A stretch of 64,000 nt of DNA from a virus. The stretch lies in IMG/VR virus record IMGVR_UViG_3300030328_003747, positions 41,084 to 105,083 of that record. One strand, 5' to 3'. Of the stretch, positions 56,371-64,000 are shown piece after piece (positions within the stretch are counted from its first letter, which is position 1; each line of letters opens with the position of its first letter). Both the position numbers and the translations under genes were made by a program. The notes under the pieces are model-generated. The model was not told the origin of the DNA. It searched no databases and was given only the letters and a program-made list of their open reading frames with translations.

Positions 56371-56808
56371 ATGGCTATAACATCAGCTACATGCACATCA
56401 TTTAAACAAGAATTACTAAAAGGAATTCATAATTTTAATCAGGCTAGTTCTCCAGATACATTTAAACTAGCTTTATATAGTAGTTCAGCTACTTTAGGGG
56501 CATCCACAAACGCTTATTCGACTTCTGGAGAGGTGAGTGGTACAAATTATACAGCAGGTGGTGCTACGCTTACTTTAAAAAGCGGAACACCAACAACTAG
56601 TGGAACTACAGCACTAGTAGATTTTGATAATCTAACATTTTCAAATGTAACTTTAACGGCAAGAGGAGCACTAATTTACAACTCAAGTGATAGCAATAAA
56701 GCTGTTTGTGTTATAGACTTTGGAAAGGACGTATCAGCTACAGCAGGAGATTTAACTGTTAGCTTTCCCTCAACAGGAGCAGATACGTCAATAATTAGGA
56801 TAGATTAA
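56371..56808 (+). CDS. Tail structural protein
   Basis: CTSFKQELLKGIHNF, FKLALY, ARGALIYN. Confidence 0.7.
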   Translation: MAITSATCTSFKQELLKGIHNFNQASSPDTFKLALYSSSATLGASTNAYSTSGEVSGTNYTAGGATLTLKSGTPTTSGTTALVDFDNLTFSNVTLTARGALIYNSSDSNKAVCVIDFGKDVSATAGDLTVSFPSTGADTSIIRID

Positions 56809-58010
56809 TGGCAACTTATACAAACAATTTAAAATTAAAAGAAATAACTTCTGGGTCAGAATCAGGGTCTTGGGGTGATTCTACTAACACTAACCTAGAT
56901 CTAATTGCAGAATCTTTTGGGTATGCTTCATATGATGCATTCAGCTCAGATGCTAATGCTACAAAAACCGTACAAAATTCTGGTGCTACTCAAGAGTTTA
57001 CTAGAGGAATGTATGTTAAGATTACATCTTCAGCAACTTTATCAGCAACTAGAACACTAACAATCGCTCCTAATGATATTAGTAGAGTTTTGTTTATTTT
57101 AAACTCAACAACAGGCTCACAAGACATAACTATTAAACAAGGGTCTGGAGCAACTATAACTATCGCTAATGGCGCAACTAAATGTGTATATTTAGATGGT
57201 GCTGGCTCAGGCGCAGCAGTTGTTGAAGTATTTAATAGTTTTGAGTTTGCTAGCAGCAAAATAACAGGAACAACACCAACACTAACTATAGGAGATGGAG
57301 ATCAAGAAGATGCTAAAATAGTTTTTGATGGTAATGCCCAGGATTTTCATGTTGGGTTAGATGATTCAGCAGATGATCTTGTAATAGGTAAAGGGTCTGC
57401 ATTAGGAACAACTACCGCTATTGGTATTGATGAAAACTTACTAGCTACTTTCCACGGCGGTATAACTATGGTTGGCACTACACCAACCTTAACTATTGGT
57501 GATGCAGGGGCAGAAGACACAAAAATAGTATTTGACGGAAATGCTCAAGACTTCTATATGGGGTTAGATGATTCTGCCGATACTTTAATTTTAGGAACTG
57601 GTTCAACCGTAGGGTCTGGTGGCAGATTAAACATATCTTCTAGTCAAGTAGAGCTAACTGATGGTTCAAATCTTGTCTTAATTAAAGATTCAGACGGTAA
57701 TGGCGTTAAGGTAAAAAGTGATGACGCTATTCAGTTAGTTGTAGAAAGAACAAGCAATAGCCCAGCAGTAATAGCTTTTACTACAGATGAAATTACAAAA
57801 ACTGCAAAAATAGAAGCCAGTTTAACTGGAATGAAATTTTATACAAATAGTGCTAGCAGAATGTTAATTAAGCATGCTGGAGATATTGAAACAGATCAAG
57901 ATTTAAAATTTACAGATGATGCTAAAGGCCCAATTATAAAGTCTCCAAATGGAACTTACTATCGACTTATTGTTAGCAATCTTGGGGCTTTGAATACAGA
58001 GTCTGTCTAA
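56808..58010 (+). CDS. Short tail fibre/spike with internal duplication
   Basis: GSWGDSTNTNL N-terminus; TTPTLTIGD...KIVFDGNAQDF..GLDDSAD occurs twice. Confidence 0.75.
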   Translation: MATYTNNLKLKEITSGSESGSWGDSTNTNLDLIAESFGYASYDAFSSDANATKTVQNSGATQEFTRGMYVKITSSATLSATRTLTIAPNDISRVLFILNSTTGSQDITIKQGSGATITIANGATKCVYLDGAGSGAAVVEVFNSFEFASSKITGTTPTLTIGDGDQEDAKIVFDGNAQDFHVGLDDSADDLVIGKGSALGTTTAIGIDENLLATFHGGITMVGTTPTLTIGDAGAEDTKIVFDGNAQDFYMGLDDSADTLILGTGSTVGSGGRLNISSSQVELTDGSNLVLIKDSDGNGVKVKSDDAIQLVVERTSNSPAVIAFTTDEITKTAKIEASLTGMKFYTNSASRMLIKHAGDIETDQDLKFTDDAKGPIIKSPNGTYYRLIVSNLGALNTESV

Positions 58011-58053
58011 CCAGTTTTGTCTATACCAAATGTTTAATGTATAATCACAAGTT

Positions 58054-58278
58054 ATGAGCGAAAAGGATTTTTTAATTAGCGTTTTACAACTAATTGAAGT
58101 TTCTCTTCAGAGAGGAGCAATTAGAAGTGCAGAACTAGAAGTAATTACAGTTCTGAAACAGTATGTGGCAGAGAACTTGCAAAAGTATAATGAAAGTGTA
58201 CCAGCACAAGATTCAATAGAGCCAAAATCTACAGATCCAGAAATGGACAAATCAGAAGATAAAAAGGATAAAAAATAA
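58054..58278 (+). CDS. Hypothetical protein
   Basis: LIEVSLQRGAIRSAEL. Confidence 0.6.
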   Translation: MSEKDFLISVLQLIEVSLQRGAIRSAELEVITVLKQYVAENLQKYNESVPAQDSIEPKSTDPEMDKSEDKKDKK

Positions 58279-58388
58279 TGGATGTTTTAGTAGGAGTTGT
58301 TGTAGTTGGAGTGGTTGTTTTCGGAGTAGTTTGGAAATATAAACCTGAATGGCTAGAACACATTAAAAATTTAATTAATAAAAAGTAA
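58278..58388 (+). CDS. Single-TM peptide (36 aa, not in track)
   Basis: MDVLVGVVVVGVVVFGVVWKYKPEW...; TAATG overlap; lysis region. Confidence 0.55.
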   Translation: MDVLVGVVVVGVVVFGVVWKYKPEWLEHIKNLINKK

Positions 58389-58399
58389 CCCCTTACATA

Positions 58400-58621
58400 A
58401 TGGCAAGAAAAACCGCAGCAGATGTGCATTTAGAACTGTCAGTACACGAAAAAGAGTGTGCTGAAAGATGGAAAACCGCTTTTAATAAATTTTCAGATTT
58501 AGAACAAAACATAAAAGATCTAGAGTCTAAAATAAGTAACGGTTTAACAACTTTAGTTGTTCTTTTAGTAGGTCTGCTAGGTGGGGTTGTTGGGTTGATA
58601 ATAGAGAGTTTTGTTGTATGA
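58400..58621 (+). CDS. Coiled-coil/TM protein, holin-like
   Basis: HEKECAERW plus C-terminal TM; directly before lysozyme. Confidence 0.55.
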   Translation: MARKTAADVHLELSVHEKECAERWKTAFNKFSDLEQNIKDLESKISNGLTTLVVLLVGLLGGVVGLIIESFVV

Positions 58622-59070
58622 GCGATATAGCAAGTGGTGTAGAAGGTAAAGTAAGACACATGTTAAAAAAACATGAAGGTTTTGTTTCGCATGTTTATGA
58701 AGACTCAACCCCAGAAAAATATTTAACTATTGGATATGGCCGTCTAGTCGACGAAAGGTTAGGTGGTGGTATATCTCAAGATGAAGCAGATTTTTTATTA
58801 TTAAACGATATAAGAAATTGTATTAAGATATTATCTTTAAAAATAGCAGGTTTTGAATCTCTTTCAGAAACCAGACAAATAGTTTTAATTAATATGTATT
58901 TTAATCTAGGTAATAGATTGTTTAATTTTAAAAATATGCTTAAAGCACTAGATGACAAAGACTACGATAAAGTAGCAGAGGAAATGCTCAGTAGTAAATG
59001 GGCACAACAGGTCAAAGGAAGATCGTCAGAATTAGCAGGAATGATGAAAACTGACGTTTATCACGTCTAA
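58618..59070 (+). CDS. T4-type lysozyme (GH24) endolysin
   Basis: HEG...YED...TIGYGR, LINMYFNLG, EML.SKWAQQV..R. Confidence 0.88.
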   Translation: MSDIASGVEGKVRHMLKKHEGFVSHVYEDSTPEKYLTIGYGRLVDERLGGGISQDEADFLLLNDIRNCIKILSLKIAGFESLSETRQIVLINMYFNLGNRLFNFKNMLKALDDKDYDKVAEEMLSSKWAQQVKGRSSELAGMMKTDVYHV

Positions 59071-59080
59071 GGAGTTAGAC

Positions 59081-59491
59081 ATGCCACCTAATTATAGGAT
59101 GGGCAGAGCAGGAGAATATCTAGCTGCAAGCTGGTTAATTCGTCAATTAGACGAAGTATTTGAAGCCTCTCCATCATCTCGATATGATTTTTTATGTACA
59201 GATAAAGATTATGCCTATAAACTTCAAATTAAAACAACCTCATCATCTTTTGACCACCATTCTTCTGAATGGGTTCGTTGGGATATAAACAAAAAAGTAA
59301 ATAAGACAAAAAAAACATATACTAGAGAAGAGGTAGATATATTTGGTTTTGTTTACCTACCTTTAAATATAGTAGAATTTATCCCTAATTATAAACTAGG
59401 AAAAACATACCAAAAAAAGATAGAATATCTAAAAGAAGTTGATACTTTGAAATCTCTTCGAAGATCAATAACAATAGTTAATGAAATATAA
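59081..59491 (+). CDS. PD-(D/E)xK endonuclease
   Basis: GRAGEYLAA...YDF...LQIKTT. Confidence 0.7.
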   Translation: MPPNYRMGRAGEYLAASWLIRQLDEVFEASPSSRYDFLCTDKDYAYKLQIKTTSSSFDHHSSEWVRWDINKKVNKTKKTYTREEVDIFGFVYLPLNIVEFIPNYKLGKTYQKKIEYLKEVDTLKSLRRSITIVNEI

Positions 59492-61353
59492 TGATTCAAA
59501 AATATTTATTTAATCCAGGTATCTTTAGAGAGGGTACAGAATATGATGCAGAAGGGGGGTGGTTTGACTGTAACCTTATAAGGTTTAGGGCAGGTAGGCC
59601 TGAAAAAATAGGCGGATGGCAAAAGCTTATAGATACTGCATATAGCGGTACTGCAAGAGCTTTGCATAACTGGATACAAACTAACGGAACAAAAACATTA
59701 GGGTTGGGAACCAATCTAAAATATTATGTTACTGCTGATGACACCTATAATGATGTAACTCCAATTAGACTTACTACAGGGTCTGGAGATGTTACTTTTG
59801 CAAAAGTTGGTAATGGTGATGCAACCATTACAGTAAGTGAAACAGGTCACGGCGCAGTCTTAAATGATTTTGTTACTTTTTCTGGAGCAGAGACCCTAGG
59901 CGGCAATATAACTGCTGCTGTTTTAAACCAAGAATATCAAATAACAGAAATTGTAGATGCTAATTCTTTCAGAATAGAAGCTAAAGATACTAGTGGAAAT
60001 GCTGTTTTAGCTAACAGTAGTGATAGTGGAAATGGGGGCAGTTCTGTTGTAGGAACATATCAAATAAATGTTGGATTAAATGAATTTATTCAAGGAACAG
60101 GATGGGGAGCAGGTAATTGGGGGGAAAGCACTTGGGGTAGTACATCTTCTTTATCTTCAACTAATCAACTTAGGTTGTGGACACACGATAACTTTGGTGA
60201 AGATCTAATAATTGCTCCTAGAGGTGGAAATATATATAAGTGGGATGCTTCTAATGGAGTTTCAACAAGAGCTGTTGTACTTTCAGGAATAGGTGGAGCA
60301 AGTAAAGTTCCAACTAAAGCTTTACAGGTAATTACTTCTGAGGTTGACAGACATCTAATAGTTTTAGGAGCTGACCCTATTTCAGGTAGCAGCAGAACAG
60401 GAGTCCTTGACCCTATGTTAGTGGCTTTTAGTGATCAAGAAAATGAAATAGAGTTTAACCCCACAACCACTAATACCGCAGGATCTGTAAGACTTTCTTC
60501 AGGCTCACAAATTATAGGAGCGGTTAAATCTAGACAAGAAACCGTTATTTTTACAGACACTTCTGTATACAGTATGCAATTTATTGGGCCACCTTTTACT
60601 TTTGGAGTTAATTTAATTGATAACTCAACTGGATTAATAGCGCCTAAAGCAGCAATTACTGCTCCTGGCGGAGTGTACTTTATGAGTTACGACGGTTTTT
60701 ATGTGTATAGTGGGCAAGTAGCTAAAATACCTTGTTCTGTAAAAAATTATGTATTTTCAGATATAAACACTAGTCAAGCATATAAAATATTTGCTTTTTC
60801 AAATAACGAAAATAATGAAGTTGGGTGGTATTATCCTTCTGCTGATTCATCTGAAATTGACAGGTATGTTATTTATAACTATCAAGAAAATTTATGGTAT
60901 TACGGACAAATGGTTAGACATGCTTGGTTAGATTCAGGAGTTGAACCATATCCACAAGCAACAGGGTCAACATATTTGTATCAACATGAATTTGGTTTTA
61001 ATGATGATGGTAGCGAAATGACAAATGTGTTTATTGAGTCTGGAGATTTTGATATTGAAGATGGTAATCAGTTTTCTTTTATAAGCAGAATAATACCTGA
61101 TGTTAAATTTATTGCTAATTCAGCAGGTGGTAGCGTTAAGTTTTTAACTAAAGTTAGAAACTATCCAGGAGATTCTTTATCTACTGCTTCTACATCAACT
61201 GTATTATCCTCAACACAACAATCTTTTATTAGAGCAAGGGGTAGACAAGCCGTCTTAAGAATAGAGTCTAATGACGGGGATTCTGGCAATATAGGAACAG
61301 GGTGGAGATTAGGAGCCACAAGACTTGATGTAAAAACTGACGGAAGGAGATAA
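59491..61353 (+). CDS. Tail nozzle / packaged-DNA stabilisation protein (P22 gp10-like)
   Basis: RFRAGRPEKIGGW, WTHDNFGEDL, FSDQE, EVGWYYPS, RARGRQ, WRLG...DGRR. Confidence 0.8.
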   Translation: MIQKYLFNPGIFREGTEYDAEGGWFDCNLIRFRAGRPEKIGGWQKLIDTAYSGTARALHNWIQTNGTKTLGLGTNLKYYVTADDTYNDVTPIRLTTGSGDVTFAKVGNGDATITVSETGHGAVLNDFVTFSGAETLGGNITAAVLNQEYQITEIVDANSFRIEAKDTSGNAVLANSSDSGNGGSSVVGTYQINVGLNEFIQGTGWGAGNWGESTWGSTSSLSSTNQLRLWTHDNFGEDLIIAPRGGNIYKWDASNGVSTRAVVLSGIGGASKVPTKALQVITSEVDRHLIVLGADPISGSSRTGVLDPMLVAFSDQENEIEFNPTTTNTAGSVRLSSGSQIIGAVKSRQETVIFTDTSVYSMQFIGPPFTFGVNLIDNSTGLIAPKAAITAPGGVYFMSYDGFYVYSGQVAKIPCSVKNYVFSDINTSQAYKIFAFSNNENNEVGWYYPSADSSEIDRYVIYNYQENLWYYGQMVRHAWLDSGVEPYPQATGSTYLYQHEFGFNDDGSEMTNVFIESGDFDIEDGNQFSFISRIIPDVKFIANSAGGSVKFLTKVRNYPGDSLSTASTSTVLSSTQQSFIRARGRQAVLRIESNDGDSGNIGTGWRLGATRLDVKTDGRR

Positions 61354-64000
61354 TGGCAAAATTACTTAAAACTAATTTACCATTAGCTCAGGGTGAGGTA
61401 ACTCCTGATGTATTTAATAACCTTGTTAGAGTTCTAGAAATAAACTTAGGGTCTTTTGATCCAGACAATATTACTCAATTAACAACAGCCGAACGAGATA
61501 CAGGTAATTTTAATCTTGGTCAAATAATATACAACACCACCACAACAACACTTCAATATTGGGACGGTTCTACATTTCAAGATATATCGGCATTAGGAGC
61601 AACTAATTTAAATATAACTGATGGCTCTTCAAGTATTGCTATTAATCTTAATAGCGAAACACTAACTTTGGCGGGGGGAACTGGTATTGATACAAGCGCA
61701 AATACGAATACCGTTACTTTTGCTATTGATAGTACAGTAGCAACACTTACAGGATCTCAAACATTAACCAATAAAGTTCTTACAAACCCACAATTAGACG
61801 GAAGTCTTTCAGGGTCTGCTTTCTTGGATGAAGACAATATGGCGTCTGATTCAAATAGTAAGGTAGCTTCTCAACAATCTATTAAAGCTTATGCAGATAC
61901 AAAAGCAGTTTTATCTGGCTCAACAAACAATCAAATTACAACAGTTACAGGAGCGCATGCAATTCAAGGAGAATCAAACCTTACTTTTGACGGTTCAACT
62001 TTAGCGCTAACGGGTAGCGCAACAATTTCTGGAGATCTGACGGTAAGTGGCACTACAACAACTATTGACACCACAAATTTAAATGTAAAAGACAAAAATA
62101 TTACTTTAAATTATGCTTCAGGCGACACTTCATCTAATGCTGATGGAGCGGGAATAACAATTCAAGATGCGGTTAATTCTTCTACAGATGCAACAATACT
62201 TTGGGACGCATCAAATGATGAGTTTGATTTTTCTCATCCAATTAATGTAACAGGAATCGTAAAAACATCAGCTAGTGTAGATATTTCAGGTACTGCTCCA
62301 AAAATTACTTTTACCGATACTGATACTAATGCAGATTCAGAAATATCTGCTGCTTCCTCTGCTGGAAATATCGCAATATCTGCTGATAAAAATGATGAAT
62401 TAGATAATACAGTAATATATTTTCAAATAGATGGTGATACAAAATACTATATAGGTGAAAATGGTGGCCTGTATCACGGTACTTCTACACAAATTATTGA
62501 TGGTAGCAGAAATTTATTAAATATAGGTACAATTTCAAGTGGGACTATAACATCATCTCAAATACAAACTAGTAGTGGAGATTTTACCGTTGACTCTGCT
62601 GCTGATATTATCTTGGACGCTGACGGCGCAGATGTAACAATTAAAGATGGTGGAACTACAAGCTTTCAATTTATTCAGGCTGCAAATTCTGAAATAGATG
62701 TTCCAAGAGGTGATTTAACATTAGATGTTGCAGGAGACATAATTTTAGACGCTGACGGAGCTGACGTTGTTTTTAAAGATGGTGGTACCACTATTGCTAA
62801 ATTTACTAATAGTTCTAGTGATTTTGTAATAACTTCAGATGTTGATGACAAAGATATTATATTTAAAGGTCAAGACGGAACCTCAGAAATTACAGCACTT
62901 ACTTTAGATATGTCAGATGCTGGCGCAGCTACTTTTCATGAGCAGGTAACTATTGGGGGAATAAAACCAACAGCAGGAATAGGTTCAAGTGCAGCAAAAC
63001 TTTACGTTCATCAAGCTCCTGCTAGCACTAGTGTTTATAACCCAGGATTAGAATTATTTGCAGATTTATCTACAAGCGATAGTTACACAAAATTGGGGCA
63101 AATATTATTTACTGCGAATGATAGGGTTTCTGTTGCTCAAAGCAAAAGAGAGTTTGCAGCCATTAGAGCTATTTCAACAGCCAGAACAGATCAAGTAACA
63201 GGCGGAACTAATAGTGCAGATTTAACATTTAGTCTTTCTGTAACTAATACTTTAGTTGAAAGATTTAGAATAGCTTCTAGTGGAGCACTTGGCCTTAACG
63301 GTACAAATTACGGTTCAAGTGGACAGGTTTTAACATCTAACGGTTCAGGATCTGCTGCAACTTGGGAAGATGCTTCAGGAGCAATTAGCTCAATATCCAA
63401 CTTTTCAGATAATAGAGTATTAACCGCTAGTGGATCTGACACTATTAATGGTGAGGCTAATTTAACTTTTGATGGCACTAATTTAGATCTACCAGATTCT
63501 AAAAAAATAAGACTAGGTACAGGTAATGATTTAGAGATATATCATGCAAGTGACTTTAATTTCTTAATTGCACCTACACACCCAATCGTTATTGGTGGTA
63601 CTTCTATTAGTCTAAAAAATGCTGCAACTACTGAAAATATGTTAGTTGCTACACAAGATGGTGCAGTCACACTCTATTACAACAACTCAGCAAAACTAGC
63701 CACAACTTCAACAGGAATAGATGTTACAGGTAATATTGAAGCTAGTTTAATTAAAGCAACAGACCAATTCCAATCTGTTTCAGGTAGCAGAACTTTAGTT
63801 ATGAACGCAAACTTTAGTAGTTTGGGTGCTATTGGTATGTCTAGTAATGACCATCTAACTTTTGTTACTAACAATACAGAAAGAATGAGGTTAGATAACT
63901 CAGGAAACTTGGGAATCGGAACAACCTCACCTGCAACTAAACTTCATGTAATGACAGCATCAAATGGTGCATCAACAGTAGGTGGTGCATCAGATGAATT
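61353..64000 (+). CDS. Long tail fibre of phage B, N-terminal part (runs off window; absent from track)
   Basis: MAKLLKTNLPLA start with TAATG overlap; ASQQSIKAY, DIILDADG repeats, GTGNDLEIYH; same frame at the window end (GNLGIGTTSPATKLHV). Confidence 0.85.
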   Translation, partial: MAKLLKTNLPLAQGEVTPDVFNNLVRVLEINLGSFDPDNITQLTTAERDTGNFNLGQIIYNTTTTTLQYWDGSTFQDISALGATNLNITDGSSSIAINLNSETLTLAGGTGIDTSANTNTVTFAIDSTVATLTGSQTLTNKVLTNPQLDGSLSGSAFLDEDNMASDSNSKVASQQSIKAYADTKAVLSGSTNNQITTVTGAHAIQGESNLTFDGSTLALTGSATISGDLTVSGTTTTIDTTNLNVKDKNITLNYASGDTSSNADGAGITIQDAVNSSTDATILWDASNDEFDFSHPINVTGIVKTSASVDISGTAPKITFTDTDTNADSEISAASSAGNIAISADKNDELDNTVIYFQIDGDTKYYIGENGGLYHGTSTQIIDGSRNLLNIGTISSGTITSSQIQTSSGDFTVDSAADIILDADGADVTIKDGGTTSFQFIQAANSEIDVPRGDLTLDVAGDIILDADGADVVFKDGGTTIAKFTNSSSDFVITSDVDDKDIIFKGQDGTSEITALTLDMSDAGAATFHEQVTIGGIKPTAGIGSSAAKLYVHQAPASTSVYNPGLELFADLSTSDSYTKLGQILFTANDRVSVAQSKREFAAIRAISTARTDQVTGGTNSADLTFSLSVTNTLVERFRIASSGALGLNGTNYGSSGQVLTSNGSGSAATWEDASGAISSISNFSDNRVLTASGSDTINGEANLTFDGTNLDLPDSKKIRLGTGNDLEIYHASDFNFLIAPTHPIVIGGTSISLKNAATTENMLVATQDGAVTLYYNNSAKLATTSTGIDVTGNIEASLIKATDQFQSVSGSRTLVMNANFSSLGAIGMSSNDHLTFVTNNTERMRLDNSGNLGIGTTSPATKLHVMTASNGASTVGGASDE
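63924..64000 (+). repeat. 77-nt exact direct repeat, copy 2 (copy 1 = 7599-7675)
   Basis: Base-by-base identity up to the window end. Confidence 0.95.

Noticed and set aside
851-63874. Many short antisense or alternate-frame ORFs in the track (e.g. 958-1182, 1314-1628, 19972-20433, 41102-41539, 45073-45441, 55935-56396)
   Set aside because: They lie within well-supported genes, have no RBS and show shadow-frame composition
1-64000. Prophage with host flanks, tRNA genes, or a specific host assignment
   Set aside because: No integrase, att site, cellular housekeeping gene or cloverleaf seen; the host cannot be determined from sequence inspection alone

Overview
AT-rich tailed-phage DNA resembling uncultured marine podo-like phages; no cellular housekeeping genes, rRNA, tRNA, CRISPR, integrase, RNA polymerase or DNA polymerase were seen. 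The window holds two unrelated head modules. (A) 1-~7.6 kb: portal C-terminus, scaffold, P22-coat-like capsid, adaptors and the start of a tail fibre. (B) ~7.7-64 kb: an apparently complete ~56.3 kb phage with internal-virion genes, a prim-pol/Sak4/SSB/RecE-type replication module, two DNA methyltransferases, TerS, an early region, TerL, portal, GroES, capsid, tail and lysis genes. The last 77 nt are identical to 7599-7675 inside the tail-fibre gene and in frame, so B closes into a circle and A is most likely a second phage joined at a shared fibre module (lasso assembly or real recombinant). Main highlights: (1) a tightly coupled operon csgF-csgG-curlin-like protein-FecR-domain protein-CHASE2 class III adenylate cyclase, a candidate phage-encoded trans-envelope cAMP signalling system; (2) early gene cassettes whose spacers repeat an ordered motif grammar (TCGG cluster, ACAC cluster, CCWGG cluster, promoter); (3) a TAC-N5-GTA palindrome in eight promoter regions; (4) a C5 methyltransferase with a repeated, multi-TRD-like insert. 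All product calls come from motif recognition, not database searches.
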